Shown: positions 35,320 through 45,093, counted from the stretch's first letter. The stretch: DNA of 64,000 nucleotides from an uncultured Gammaproteobacteria bacterium (GCA_964503125.1 CAZCZE010000010.1:10682-74681), one strand, 5' to 3'. A program made the numbers and translations. Notes: generated by a model not told the origin, from the sequence alone.

Positions 35320-35838
35320 TTAGGGGCGAATCTCGATCGGCGTCGACTCGCGCGTCATGAGCCAAATGTCGACCATGTCCGAATTGCTGACGGCGATGCA
35401 GCCGTCCGTCCAGTCGGTGTCGAGGTAGCGGCGCCAGTCGTGTTTCAGCTCGTTGGGCAGGCCGTGGATCATGATCTGGCCGCCGGGGTCGACGCCCTGT
35501 GCCCGGGCGCGCGCGCGATCGGACTCGTCTGGATAGGACACGCGGATCGAGAGGAAGAAGTCACTGTCGGCGTTGCGCGTATCGAGGACGTATTTGCCTT
35601 CGGGCGTCCTGAAGTCGCCCTCGCGCTGCTTCGGCCCCGTGGGTACCAGGCCGAGCGAGACGTCGACTTCGCGCAGCACGCGCCCGGACTTGAACAGATA
35701 GAGCTTGCGGTCGGATTTGTCGACGAGCACGTAGTCGGCGTGATCGGGCACCGTACGGGGATCCTCGGCCCGCGCCCCAGCGCCGCCGAGCATGAGAAGC
35801 ACGCCGAGCACTGCGGCAATTTCGCGCGATACGACCAT
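35320..35838 (-). CDS. L,D-transpeptidase family (YkuD domain) protein
   Basis: Starts at ATG 35838 with a signal peptide (VLGVLLMLGGAGARA). The catalytic region has MIHGLP ... WTDGCIAVSN (His and Cys motif). Confidence 0.8.
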   Translation of the reverse strand: MVVSREIAAVLGVLLMLGGAGARAEDPRTVPDHADYVLVDKSDRKLYLFKSGRVLREVDVSLGLVPTGPKQREGDFRTPEGKYVLDTRNADSDFFLSIRVSYPDESDRARARAQGVDPGGQIMIHGLPNELKHDWRRYLDTDWTDGCIAVSNSDMVDIWLMTRESTPIEIRP

Positions 35839-35987
35839 TTGCCGTGACTCTAGAACAACCGCGCGAAAAAACGCAACGAACGGCGTCGCACCCAGCACCG
35901 TCGGTGCGACGGCACAGGACTCGAGCCGGAGCCCTGCGTCGAGCTGTTAAGATCAGCCTTGGGCTTGGCCGCAACCCGCCCGGCACG

Positions 35988-36920
35988 ATGTCCTCGGAAA
36001 ACTTCTGGAACACCAAGTTCGCGACGCTACGCTACCTCGTCGGCTGGCTGGGTTACGCGTGGATGCGGCTCGTCGTGCGGCTGCCGCTCCGCGTCCAGAT
36101 GGCGCTCGGGCGCGCCCTGGGTAAAGCCGCCCATGCGCTGCTGGGCTCGCGCCGCCGAGTCGCCGCGCGCAACATTGCGGCGTGCTTGCCGGAGCTCACG
36201 CCTGCCGCCCGGGCGGAGCTCCTTGAACGGCATTTCGAGTCACTCGGCCTGTCGCTCATCGAGATGGCGATGGGCTGGTTCGGCTCCCCCGAAGCCGTGC
36301 GCGCACGCGTGCATGTCGAGGGAGCGGAACGGCTCGCCGCCGCGCTCGCCAGGCGTCGCGGCGTCATTTTGTTCTCCGCGCACTTCACCACGTTCGAGTT
36401 CTTCTGGCCCGCCCTGAAACCGCTGTGCACGCAGTTGTGTGGCATGTACAAGGGGCAGCGCAATCCCGTCATGAACAAGATGATGAGCCGCGGTCGCCTG
36501 CGCCACTACGATCGACTGTTCGCCAAGGACAACGTGCGCGAGATGCTGCGTTGCTTGCGCGACAACGCCGTCGTCTGGTATGCCTCGGACCAGAGCTACA
36601 GCGGCAAGGGCAGCGTGCTGCTGCCGTTCTTCGGCGAGCCCGCGATGACGAATACGGCCATCGGGCGCATCGCCAACGCCAGCGGCGCCGTGGTGTTGCC
36701 TTACTTCTGCCGGCGGCTCGAAGACGGGCGTTATCTCATGAGCATCGGCGCGCCGCTCGCAGGCCTGCCGAGCGGCGACGAAGTCGCTGACACGCTGCGC
36801 CTCACGAAGCTGCTCGAAGACTACATACGGCTCTGCCCCGAGCAGTACTGGTGGATTCATCAGCGTTTCAAGGGCCGGCCCGCGCCGCTGCCCGATCTCT
36901 ATGCCACGCCCACCGTCTGA
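35988..36920 (+). CDS. lpxL: Lipid A biosynthesis lauroyl/late acyltransferase (LpxL/HtrB family), copy 1
   Basis: Starts at ATG 35988. Contains RRVAARNIAACLPEL, GVILFSAHFTTFE (HX4E-type acyltransferase motif context), YASDQSY, FFGEPAMTNTA and CPEQYWWIHQRFK. Confidence 0.8.
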   Translation: MSSENFWNTKFATLRYLVGWLGYAWMRLVVRLPLRVQMALGRALGKAAHALLGSRRRVAARNIAACLPELTPAARAELLERHFESLGLSLIEMAMGWFGSPEAVRARVHVEGAERLAAALARRRGVILFSAHFTTFEFFWPALKPLCTQLCGMYKGQRNPVMNKMMSRGRLRHYDRLFAKDNVREMLRCLRDNAVVWYASDQSYSGKGSVLLPFFGEPAMTNTAIGRIANASGAVVLPYFCRRLEDGRYLMSIGAPLAGLPSGDEVADTLRLTKLLEDYIRLCPEQYWWIHQRFKGRPAPLPDLYATPTV

Positions 36921-37878
36921 CGACGCGGAGCGCAGCGGAGCGGGGCGAAGCGCGGAGCTCACGGGCGAGCTCTCGCTCGCGCGCTTCGTGGGGCCGCGCT
37001 ACTGGCCCACCTGGCTACTGCTCGGCCTCATGTATGTCGCCGCGCGGCTCCCGCCGAGCGGGCAGCGGTACCTCGGCCGCGCCCTCGGCGGCCTGGTGCG
37101 CCGCGTCAAACGTCGCGAACGCCGCGTCGCCGCGCGCAACCTCGAGCTCTGCTTCAAGCATCTCGGCGCGGCCGAGCGCCAGGCCTTGCTCGTGCGTCAC
37201 TTCGAAGCCGTCGGCATGTCGTTCGTCGAGATGGGCATCGGCTGGTTCACGCCGATCGAACGCTTGCTCGAGCGCGTGACGATCGCCGGCCGGGAGCATC
37301 TCGACGCGGCGCTCGCACGCGGCAAAGGTGTGCTGCTGTTCACCGCGCATTTCACGACGCTCGAGGTGGGCGTCGCGGTGCTCGAGGCGTTCGCGCCGCG
37401 CGCGAGCTGCATGTACCGGCCGCAGCGCAACGCCATGATGGACGTGATGATCCGCCGCGGTCGCCACCGCTTCGCGCACGAGCAGATTCCGCGCGACAAC
37501 GTCCGCGCCCTGCTGCGCAACCTGCGCGCCAACTACGCCGTGGTCTACCTTCCCGATCAGATCTCCCTCGGCAAGCAAAGCGAGCTCCTACCGTTTTTCG
37601 GCGAGCCGGCCGTCACGAACACGGCCACGAGCAAGCTCGCGTCGATCAGCGGCGCCACGGTCTTGCCATACTTCTTCCGCCGGCTGCCGAACGGCGGGTA
37701 TCGCGTGGACATCGGCCCTCCGCTCGAGGGACTGCCGAGCGACTCCGCGACACGCGATACCGAGCGCCTATTCGCGCGACTCGAAGACTACATTCGGCTC
37801 GCGCCCGAGCAATACCTCTGGCTCTACAAGAAATTCAAGGGCAGGCCGCCGCCGCACGCCGACGTCTACGCGCGCTGA
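36901..37878 (+). CDS. Lipid A late acyltransferase (LpxL/LpxM family), copy 2
   Basis: 325 aa paralog of the preceding gene ([56 protein letters not shown]). It overlaps copy 1 by 20 nt if ATG 36901 is used. Confidence 0.8.
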   Translation: MPRPPSDDAERSGAGRSAELTGELSLARFVGPRYWPTWLLLGLMYVAARLPPSGQRYLGRALGGLVRRVKRRERRVAARNLELCFKHLGAAERQALLVRHFEAVGMSFVEMGIGWFTPIERLLERVTIAGREHLDAALARGKGVLLFTAHFTTLEVGVAVLEAFAPRASCMYRPQRNAMMDVMIRRGRHRFAHEQIPRDNVRALLRNLRANYAVVYLPDQISLGKQSELLPFFGEPAVTNTATSKLASISGATVLPYFFRRLPNGGYRVDIGPPLEGLPSDSATRDTERLFARLEDYIRLAPEQYLWLYKKFKGRPPPHADVYAR

Positions 37879-37976
37879 AGCGTCGCGCTGCGTTCCTCGC
37901 GATCCTTGCGGAGGTACACTACGACGAGCGCGGCCCGTCGACACGCCGGCACAACAACGAGAACCGGAGGAAATCC

Positions 37977-38405
37977 ATGCTAAAAGAATTCAAAGAGTTC
38001 GCGATGCGCGGCAACGTCATGGACATGGCCGTCGGCATCGTCATCGGCGCCGCGTTCGGCAAGATCATCACGTCGCTCGTCAACGACGTCGTCATGCCGC
38101 CGATCGGGTTGCTCATGGGCAACGTGGATTTCAGCAACCTGTTCGTGAACCTCACGATGGGCCAGACCTTCGCGAGCGTCGCCGCAGCCGAGACCGCCGG
38201 CGCGCCGATCATCAAGTACGGCATGTTCGTCAACACGGTGCTCGACTTCGTGATCGTCGCCATCGCGATCTTCGTGGTCATCCGCGCGCTCAACAAGCTC
38301 AAGAGGAAGCAGGAAGCTGCGCCGCCGCCCGCGCCGCCGGCTCCGTCCGCCGAGGAGAAGCTGCTCGTGGAGATCCGCGACCTGCTCAAGGCGCAGAGCC
38401 GCTGA
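37977..38405 (+). CDS. mscL: Large-conductance mechanosensitive channel
   Basis: 142 aa. [44 protein letters not shown] is the canonical MscL N-terminus. Confidence 0.92.
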   Translation: MLKEFKEFAMRGNVMDMAVGIVIGAAFGKIITSLVNDVVMPPIGLLMGNVDFSNLFVNLTMGQTFASVAAAETAGAPIIKYGMFVNTVLDFVIVAIAIFVVIRALNKLKRKQEAAPPPAPPAPSAEEKLLVEIRDLLKAQSR

Positions 38406-39111
38406 GGCCGTAGCCCGCCGCGAGCTCGCGCCAAGCCGCGGCATCGAACTCGGTGCCGGTCTCGAGCGCGACCTTGCGCAGCGAGCGATTGAAACGCTCG
38501 AGCCCGAGGTGTTGCCACGCTCCCGGCGGCTTCACGCGCGCGTTGTCGAAGTCGACGAGGAACGCGTTGCCCGTGGCGTCGAGCAGCACGTTGTGCGCCG
38601 TGAGATCGGGATGGTCGACGCCGTGGTCGTGCACGGCCCGGATCATCGCGCCGACGCGCCGCCAGCACTCTGCGGGCAGCCGGCCCTGCGCGATGTACGC
38701 CGACAGCTTCTGGGTATCCTGCAAGTACGACGTGATGATGTCGGCCGTGTAGATGGCGCCCGTGCGATGGACGTGCGCAGCCACGGGATTCGGCACGGGC
38801 AGGCCGGCGGAGCGCAGCTCGCGCAGCAGCCGCCACTCGCGAAACGCGCGTGTGCGCTCCGCGCCGAGCCAAAGGTAATGATCGTCGACGATCCTCGCCA
38901 CGAGCCCGCCGCGGCGATAGTGGCGCAGCACCCACGTGTCGCCGCCATGCGGCACGATGAGAACTTGGCCGCGGCCCGAGGTCTCGATCGCGACGGCGCC
39001 GCCGCGCCGCCACGCCTCCGCGTCGAACCACTGGCCCTCGGGCGTCTCGCGGAGCTCCGCTCCCGCGAGCATGACGTGCCTGCCGTCGACGACGACGCGC
39101 ACGTCGCTCAT
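38386..39111 (-). CDS. kdkA: 3-deoxy-D-manno-octulosonic acid (Kdo) kinase
   Basis: Starts at ATG 39111. Contains [48 protein letters not shown] and FLVDFDNA. The start overlaps the waaF stop (ATGA). The 3' end overlaps mscL convergently by 20 nt. Confidence 0.8.
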   Translation of the reverse strand: MSDVRVVVDGRHVMLAGAELRETPEGQWFDAEAWRRGGAVAIETSGRGQVLIVPHGGDTWVLRHYRRGGLVARIVDDHYLWLGAERTRAFREWRLLRELRSAGLPVPNPVAAHVHRTGAIYTADIITSYLQDTQKLSAYIAQGRLPAECWRRVGAMIRAVHDHGVDHPDLTAHNVLLDATGNAFLVDFDNARVKPPGAWQHLGLERFNRSLRKVALETGTEFDAAAWRELAAGYGLSGSAP

Positions 39112-40220
39112 GGCGCCCCGTCCGCGCCGACGCGTCGCCCCGCCCACAGCGCATCGAGCGCCACGAGCACGGTCTTGGGCGTAAGCTCCTTGAGACAGCG
39201 CAGGTGCCCGAGCGGACACTCGCGCGCGAAGCACGGGCTGCACGACAGCTCGAGCGTCAGGATCGCCGCGCGCTCCGTGAGCGGCGGCGTGAACTTCGGC
39301 GACGACGAGCCGTAGATCGCGACGACCGGCGTGCCGGCCGCGGCCGCGAGGTGCAGCAGGCCCGAGTCGTTGCTGACGGCGGCCTCGGCGGCGGCCGCGA
39401 GATCGATGACGTCGACGAGCGTGGTCGCGCCGCAGAGATTGTGCACGCGCGCATCGCGCGCCGCGGCGACGACGTCGTCGCCGAGCGCGCGTTCCTTCGC
39501 GGAGCCGAGCACGACGACCTCGACGCCGCGGCGCGCGAGCTCCGCCGCGAGCGCGCCGTAATGCGCCGCCGGCCAGCGCTTCGCGGGCCCATACTCGGCG
39601 CCCGGCATCACGGCCACGAGCGGCGCCGCGGCCGGCAAGCCGTGCTCGGCCTTGAGGCGCGCGAGGTTGTCGGCATTCGCGACGAGGCGTGGCCGCAGGT
39701 GCGCAGGCAGCGACTTAGGGTAAGGCTCGTCGCGCTCCTGCCCGAGCGCGACGAAACGCTTGACGGTCTGATCGAGCCGCTCGTCGAGCCGGCGCACGTC
39801 GTTGAGCACGCCGTAGCGCCACTCGCCGCGGAACCCCGTGCGCCGCGGGATGCGCGCGAGCCACGGGACGAGCGCTGCCTTGAGCGAGCGCGGCAGCACG
39901 ATGGCGCGCGCATAGCCCTCGCCGCGCAGCGCGCGCGCCAGCGCCCGGCGCCGGCCGAGCGCGAGCTCGCCATGCCCCACGGCGAGCTCGATGCCGCGCG
40001 CGACCTCGGGCATGCGCGCAAGCACCGGCAGCGACCAGCTCGGCGCGACAACGTGGATCTCGGCCGCGGGATTGCGCTGCCGCAGGAGCCTATAGAGCGC
40101 TTGCGCCATCACCATGTCGCCCACCCACGAGGGGCCGACGACGAGGACTTTGTCCCCTTCGGGGACTGCGTCCCGTGCGAGGACTGTGTCCCGTGCGAGG
40201 ACCTCGTCCGATCCCGTCAC
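39108..40220 (-). CDS. waaF: ADP-heptose:LPS heptosyltransferase II
   Basis: VLVVGPSWVGDMVMAQALYRLL...APSWSLPVLARMPEV...LPRSLKAALVPWLARIPRRTGFRGEWRYGLNDV is collinear with E. coli WaaF as I recall it. The GTG start at 40220 overlaps the hldD stop (GTGA). Confidence 0.85.
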   Translation of the reverse strand: MTGSDEVLARDTVLARDAVPEGDKVLVVGPSWVGDMVMAQALYRLLRQRNPAAEIHVVAPSWSLPVLARMPEVARGIELAVGHGELALGRRRALARALRGEGYARAIVLPRSLKAALVPWLARIPRRTGFRGEWRYGVLNDVRRLDERLDQTVKRFVALGQERDEPYPKSLPAHLRPRLVANADNLARLKAEHGLPAAAPLVAVMPGAEYGPAKRWPAAHYGALAAELARRGVEVVVLGSAKERALGDDVVAAARDARVHNLCGATTLVDVIDLAAAAEAAVSNDSGLLHLAAAAGTPVVAIYGSSSPKFTPPLTERAAILTLELSCSPCFARECPLGHLRCLKELTPKTVLVALDALWAGRRVGADGAP

Positions 40221-40226
40221 GACGCT
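40173..40226. repeat. 18-bp tandem duplication inside the 5' end of waaF
   Basis: GGACTGCGTCCCGTGCGA at 40173-40190 and GGACTGTGTCCCGTGCGA at 40191-40208, plus a degenerate third unit at 40209-26. This encodes VLARDT/VLARDA in the WaaF N-terminus. Confidence 0.8.
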
Positions 40227-41188
40227 TGGCCGAGCGCGTCGAGGTAGTCCTTGATGCCCGTGCCCACGTCGCGAAAGGCCTTTTGATAACCCGCGGCGCG
40301 CAGCGCGGTCACGTCGGCTTCGGTGAAGCTCTGGTAGCGCGACCTCAAATCGTCGGGGAACGGGATGTAACGAATCGCGCCGCGCTCGTGCCACGCGATG
40401 ACCGCGCGCGCGACGTCGTTGAACGTGGCGCTCGCGCCCGTGCCGACGTTGAACACGCCCGACACGCGCCGGTGCTCGAGGAACCACAAGTTCACGTCGA
40501 CGACGTCGGCCACGTAGATGAAATCGCGGCGCTGCTCGCCGGGGCCATACCCGCCGCTACCCTCGAACAACTTCGCGGAGCCCGTCGCAGCGACCTGGCC
40601 GTGCAGGTGGAACGCGACGCTCGCCATCGCGCCCTTGCGGGCCTCGCCCGGGCCGTACACGTTGAAATAGCGCAGCCCGGCAACGGGCGCGCCGCGACGT
40701 TTGGCACGCCGCTTGTACCGCTCGACGAGACGGCGGCGCACGTAGTCGTCGAAGAGGAGCTTCGAGTAGCCGTAGACGTTGAGCGGCCGCTCGGCCGAAC
40801 GGTCGTTCTCCTTGAACACCGTGCTCGCGCCGTACACGGCCGCCGACGACGCGTAGACGAACGGCACGCCTTCGGCGAGACAGTGCTCGAGCAGTTGGAC
40901 GGAGTAGCGGTAGTTCGTCTCCATCATGTGGCGGCCGTTCCACTCCGTGGTCACGGCGCAGGCGCCCTGATGAAAGATCGCATCGATCTTGCCGAGATCG
41001 CCGTCCTCGAGCCGAGCGAGGAACTCCGTCTTGTCGAAGTAGTCGGCGACGTTGGCGCCGACCAAGTTGACGAATTTGCGGCCGTCCGTGAGGTCGTCGA
41101 CGACGACAACGCGGTCGTAGCCGCGACGGCCGAGCTCGCGGACGAGATTGCTGCCGATGAACCCGGCGCCGCCGGTGACGACGATCAT
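40217..41188 (-). CDS. hldD: ADP-L-glycero-D-manno-heptose 6-epimerase
   Basis: 323 aa. Contains MIVVTGGAGFIGSNLV, FHQGACAVTTEW, YASSAAVYG, NVYGYSK and RYFNVYGPGE. Confidence 0.92.
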   Translation of the reverse strand: MIVVTGGAGFIGSNLVRELGRRGYDRVVVVDDLTDGRKFVNLVGANVADYFDKTEFLARLEDGDLGKIDAIFHQGACAVTTEWNGRHMMETNYRYSVQLLEHCLAEGVPFVYASSAAVYGASTVFKENDRSAERPLNVYGYSKLLFDDYVRRRLVERYKRRAKRRGAPVAGLRYFNVYGPGEARKGAMASVAFHLHGQVAATGSAKLFEGSGGYGPGEQRRDFIYVADVVDVNLWFLEHRRVSGVFNVGTGASATFNDVARAVIAWHERGAIRYIPFPDDLRSRYQSFTEADVTALRAAGYQKAFRDVGTGIKDYLDALGQAS

Positions 41189-41198
41189 GGCGGTAGCC

Positions 41199-41420
41199 CT
41201 ACCGCCGCTCGTCCCCGACCAGGCGGTACATCGAGCTGCAGTAGGGGCATATCGCCTCGCCCGTCGCCTCGATGGGCAGATAGACCTTGGGGTGAGAATT
41301 CCACAGGTACATGCTTGGGCTGGGGCAGTGCAGCGGGAGGTCGGCCTTCGTCACCTTGTAGACGCGCTCCGCGTTCGCCGCGCTCAAATTCTCCTGCACC
41401 CTGCCGTGACGCTCGCGCAC
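41199..41420 (-). CDS. Small zinc-finger domain protein (zf-CHCC-like)
   Basis: 73 aa with LHCPSP ... CPYCSSMY cysteine/histidine pairs. High GC3. It sits between glnE and hldD in the same orientation. Confidence 0.6.
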   Translation of the reverse strand: MRERHGRVQENLSAANAERVYKVTKADLPLHCPSPSMYLWNSHPKVYLPIEATGEAICPYCSSMYRLVGDERR

Positions 41421-41469
41421 TGAATCGCTCTCCAGCCGAACCGCGGCGGATTATACCTGTCGCGCGCGC

Positions 41470-44304
41470 CTAGTCGCCTTCGACGTCCGCGAACACCTCG
41501 CGCCACACGCCGCTCACGAGCGCACGGACGGCGACGAACTCGTCGGCGCCGACGACTCGCCCGGCCTCGTCGAGCGCGAGCTCGTGCACGCGTTGCCGCA
41601 GCGCGAGATAGGCCCCCTTGATCGCGGCGCAACGTTCGGCGGCCACGAGCTCCGCGCGCTCGAGCGCCTCGAGCTGGCGGATGTTGTCGGGGAATTCCAC
41701 GAGCTCGGGGTGCTCGGCCGAGTGCGCGAGCACCCAGTAGTCGACGAGGAACTCCACGTCGGCGATGCCGCCCGTGTCCTGCTTGACGTCGAAGAAACCG
41801 GGCTTCGCGAGTGTGAGCTCGGTGCGCATGCGACGGCGCATCTTCGCGACCTCGGCCTTGAGCTCGGTCCGGTCGACGTGCCCGACGAGCACCTCGCGGC
41901 GAATTCGCTCGAAGCCCCCGCAGACCGCGGCCGAGCCCGCGAGCGCGCGGCTGCGCAGCAGCGCTTGATGCTCCCACACCCACGCTTCGGTCGTTTGGTA
42001 GCGGAAAAAACCCTCGAGGCTCGTCACGAGCAGGCCCGACTTGCCGCTCGGCCGAAGACGCGTGTCGACCTCGTAGAGCCTGCCCGAGCTCGTTTGAATC
42101 GTGAGGAAATGGATGAGCCGCTGCACGAGCCGGCCGAAGAAACGCTCGTTGTCGACGGGCGGATTGCCGTCGGTCTCCTGCTGCGGACCCGCGGAGTCGT
42201 GGAGGAACACGAGATCGAGATCGGAGCCGTAGCCGAGCTCGAGTCCCGCGAGCTTGCCGTAGCCGATGACGGCAAACCCGGCCTCGCGCGGCGGCGGCCC
42301 GCAGCGCGGCGTGCCGTACTTGACTACGAGCTCGCGCTCGGCCGCGCGCAGCGCTAACCTGAGCACGAGCTCGGCCGTGTCCGTGAGCCGGTCGCTGACC
42401 TTCATGAGCGGCAGCGAGCCCAAGCGATCGGCGATCGCGATACGGAAAATCGCCGTACGTTGAAAGACGCGAATCGCTTCGAGCAAACCTTCGACGTCGC
42501 CCGCCGCGACGTCGTGCGTCGTGCGCTCGAGCAGCGCTTCGAGCTCGGCGCGCGACGGCGGCGTATCGAACACGCGATTGTCGAGCAGCTCGTCGAGCAG
42601 CAGCGGCTGCTCGGACATTTGCCGCGCGAGCCACGAGCTGCCGACGACGAGCGTAAGCAGGCGCTCGAGCGCGGCCGGGTTCTCGTTGAGCAGCGCGAGA
42701 TAGGCGCTGCGGCGGCAGATGGCCCGATAGACGGGCAGCGCACGCTCGAGGTACTTCCGTGCGTCGGCCCGGCCCTCGAGCGCATCGAGGGTCCGGGCGA
42801 TGACCGCCGACAAGCGCTGCCGGCCGACCTCGTCCATGCGCTGATAGAGGCCGCCGTGACGCAGGTCGGTGAGCAGGTCGACGGCGCGCGCGTCGTCCGC
42901 GAGCGGCGTGCCGGCCAACACGGCCGCGACGTCGCCCGCCTCCCACGCCGAGGCTGCGGGCGCGGCCCTAGGGTCGGCGGCGCCTTCCGCCTCCCAGGCC
43001 ACGCGCTCGAACTCGGCCTCGACGAGCGCCCGCTGCGCCGCGAGCTGCGCCGAGAAAGCGTGGAAGCTCGGCGCGCCGTGCGCGAAGGCGAGCCGTGCGC
43101 GCTCCTCGACGCCGCTCGGCAGCTCGTGCGTCTGCGCGTCGTCGAGCGCCTGGATGCGGTTCTCCACGGTGCGCAGCAGGCGATACGCGGCCGCAAGCGC
43201 CGCGACGGTCGTCACCGGCAGTTGACGGTCGCCCGCGAGCAGCGGCAGCACGCGCAGCAGCGAGCGTTCGCGGAGCTCCGGCTGCCGGCCGCCGCGCACG
43301 ATCTGAAACGCCTGGGCGATGAACTCGATCTCGCGAATGCCGCCCGGGCCGAGCTTGATGTTCTCGGCCATGTCCTTGCGCGCGACTTCTTGCGCGATGA
43401 GGCGCTTCATCTGCCGCAGCGCAGTGAACACGCCGTAGTCGAGATAGCGGCGGTAGACGAACGGTGTGAGGACGAGCTCGAACACATCGCGCGCGAAACC
43501 ATGGCCCGTGAGCAGCCGCGCTTTGACGTAGGCGTAGCGCTCCCAGTCGCGGCCGTGCTCGGCGAGATACGTCTCGAACGCCGTGAGACTCATCGCGAGC
43601 GGGCCGCTCGCGCCGAACGGCCGCAGACGCGTGTCGACGCGGTAAACGAACCCGTCCTCGGTCCGCTGATCGAGCAGACGGATCAGAAGCTGGCTGACCC
43701 GTTGGTAGTAGGTCTCGGGCTCGACCGTCGTAGTGTCGGAAGCCACGCCGTCGGGATACAGGAAAACGAGGTCGACGTCGGACGAGAAGTTGAGCTCGTA
43801 GCCACCGAGCTTGCCCATGCCGAGCACGAGCAGCGGCAGCTCCCGGCCTGCGGCGTCGCGCGGCCGGCCGAAGCGCGGCTCGAGGCTCGCCGCGGCGTAC
43901 ACGAGTGCGGCGCGAATCAGGCACTCGGCGAGCAACGAGACGTCGGCGAGCGTCGCATCGAGGTCGGCTAGGCCTGCGAGGTCGCGCCAGGCGATACGCG
44001 CCATCTCGACCTGCCGCGCACGGCGCAGGGCCGTCATCGCCTGTGCTTCGGGAAGCCCCTCTAGCCTAAGCCGCCGCTCGATATCGGCCGCAGCGAGCGG
44101 CGAGTCGTCTGCGAGCCGCTCGATGAGCTCGTGCGGGTAGCGCTGCAAGACCCGCAGCACGAAGTCGCTGACGAGCACGACCTTGGCCGCGCTCGCGGCG
44201 AGCGGCGCAGGCAACACAAGATCGAGCTCCACGAGGTGCGCCGCGACGCGCTCGTAACGTTGCTCGAGCGCGCTCGGCAGGTCGGGCGGGCGGTCGAGTC
44301 GCAC
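41470..44304 (-). CDS. glnE: Bifunctional glutamine synthetase adenylyltransferase / adenylyl-removing enzyme
   Basis: 944 aa with two nucleotidyltransferase repeats (GMGKLGGYELNFSSDVDLVFLY and GYGKLAGLELGYGSDLDLVFLH), each followed by YRVDTRLRP / YEVDTRLRP. Confidence 0.92.
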   Translation of the reverse strand: MRLDRPPDLPSALEQRYERVAAHLVELDLVLPAPLAASAAKVVLVSDFVLRVLQRYPHELIERLADDSPLAAADIERRLRLEGLPEAQAMTALRRARQVEMARIAWRDLAGLADLDATLADVSLLAECLIRAALVYAAASLEPRFGRPRDAAGRELPLLVLGMGKLGGYELNFSSDVDLVFLYPDGVASDTTTVEPETYYQRVSQLLIRLLDQRTEDGFVYRVDTRLRPFGASGPLAMSLTAFETYLAEHGRDWERYAYVKARLLTGHGFARDVFELVLTPFVYRRYLDYGVFTALRQMKRLIAQEVARKDMAENIKLGPGGIREIEFIAQAFQIVRGGRQPELRERSLLRVLPLLAGDRQLPVTTVAALAAAYRLLRTVENRIQALDDAQTHELPSGVEERARLAFAHGAPSFHAFSAQLAAQRALVEAEFERVAWEAEGAADPRAAPAASAWEAGDVAAVLAGTPLADDARAVDLLTDLRHGGLYQRMDEVGRQRLSAVIARTLDALEGRADARKYLERALPVYRAICRRSAYLALLNENPAALERLLTLVVGSSWLARQMSEQPLLLDELLDNRVFDTPPSRAELEALLERTTHDVAAGDVEGLLEAIRVFQRTAIFRIAIADRLGSLPLMKVSDRLTDTAELVLRLALRAAERELVVKYGTPRCGPPPREAGFAVIGYGKLAGLELGYGSDLDLVFLHDSAGPQQETDGNPPVDNERFFGRLVQRLIHFLTIQTSSGRLYEVDTRLRPSGKSGLLVTSLEGFFRYQTTEAWVWEHQALLRSRALAGSAAVCGGFERIRREVLVGHVDRTELKAEVAKMRRRMRTELTLAKPGFFDVKQDTGGIADVEFLVDYWVLAHSAEHPELVEFPDNIRQLEALERAELVAAERCAAIKGAYLALRQRVHELALDEAGRVVGADEFVAVRALVSGVWREVFADVEGD

Positions 44305-44315
44305 TGCGCTCTGAG

Positions 44316-44798
44316 TCAGCGCGCCGGCGGCGGCGGCAGATCGGGGGGCGGCGTCATGTCGAAGCGCTGCCGGCCCGACCCGGGCTCGCCGGTGTTGGTC
44401 GGATCGGGATCATTCGGCAGCGGTCGGCTCGAGCCCGTGAACTGCAGCGGCCGGCAGTAGCGCAGCAGATCGGGGTCGGCATCGGCCATTCGCGCGGCAC
44501 GCAGCGCCGCGACCTCGGGTTTGAGCGGCGGCGGATTGCGGCGCCACTCGTCGGGCAGCGGCGCGCCGTGCCCCCACCAACCGCTCCAGTCGGACAGCGG
44601 GGCGGGAGCGTTCGCGGCCACCGCGACCGTTGGCGGCTGAGCCGTCACCAGCGCTCCCACGATGCCCGCAGCCGTGAGCCCGACGAGCAGTCCGGCTCGA
44701 GAAGCGGGACTAGTCTGATCATCGTCCCGGCGCCGCTGGCGGCGGTAACGAGCCGTCGACGCGAGCCAGCACGTTCGGCGAGCCGTTCTCGAACGCAT
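44316..44798 (-). CDS. Hypothetical protein with an Arg-rich N-terminus, one TM segment and a Pro-rich tail (boundaries uncertain)
   Basis: The ORF ends 12 nt upstream of glnE. The only in-frame ATG that keeps the TM segment (AGLLVGLTAAGIVGALV) is at 44798, which overlaps the upstream ORF by 80 nt. A frameshift cannot be excluded. Confidence 0.3.
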   Translation of the reverse strand: MRSRTARRTCWLASTARYRRQRRRDDDQTSPASRAGLLVGLTAAGIVGALVTAQPPTVAVAANAPAPLSDWSGWWGHGAPLPDEWRRNPPPLKPEVAALRAARMADADPDLLRYCRPLQFTGSSRPLPNDPDPTNTGEPGSGRQRFDMTPPPDLPPPPAR

Positions 44799-45009
44799 TG
44801 AGATCGAAGCCGTTCTGCGCCGCGGCATTCGGCACGTACACCCAAATGAGGATGTGCGGGTTCGTCCACTCGAGCTGTGCCACCGTACCTTTGACCGTGA
44901 ATGTTCGAGAGCCGTCGAACATGGCATAGGAATGGTGACCCGCGGCCGTCGCGGCGGCCGCGAGACCGAGCGCCCCCATGAGCGCGCGGGCTCCGGAGCA
45001 CAACGTCAT
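44719..45009 (-). CDS. Small secreted protein; resembles the family I recall as DUF6152 (verify)
   Basis: Starts at ATG 45009. Signal peptide (ALMGALGLAAAATAAG), then HHSYAMFD...TVKGTVAQLEWTNPHILIWV. The C-terminus looks shorter than I would expect for the family. Confidence 0.5.
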   Translation of the reverse strand: MTLCSGARALMGALGLAAAATAAGHHSYAMFDGSRTFTVKGTVAQLEWTNPHILIWVYVPNAAAQNGFDLNAFENGSPNVLARVDGSLPPPAAPGR

Positions 45010-45093
45010 CGAGCTCTCCTTGTCGCCCCGCGAGAACTTACGCCTTTTCGCGCCGTGCCGAAACAGCACGCGGCGGCCGCCGTCGACGCCGCC

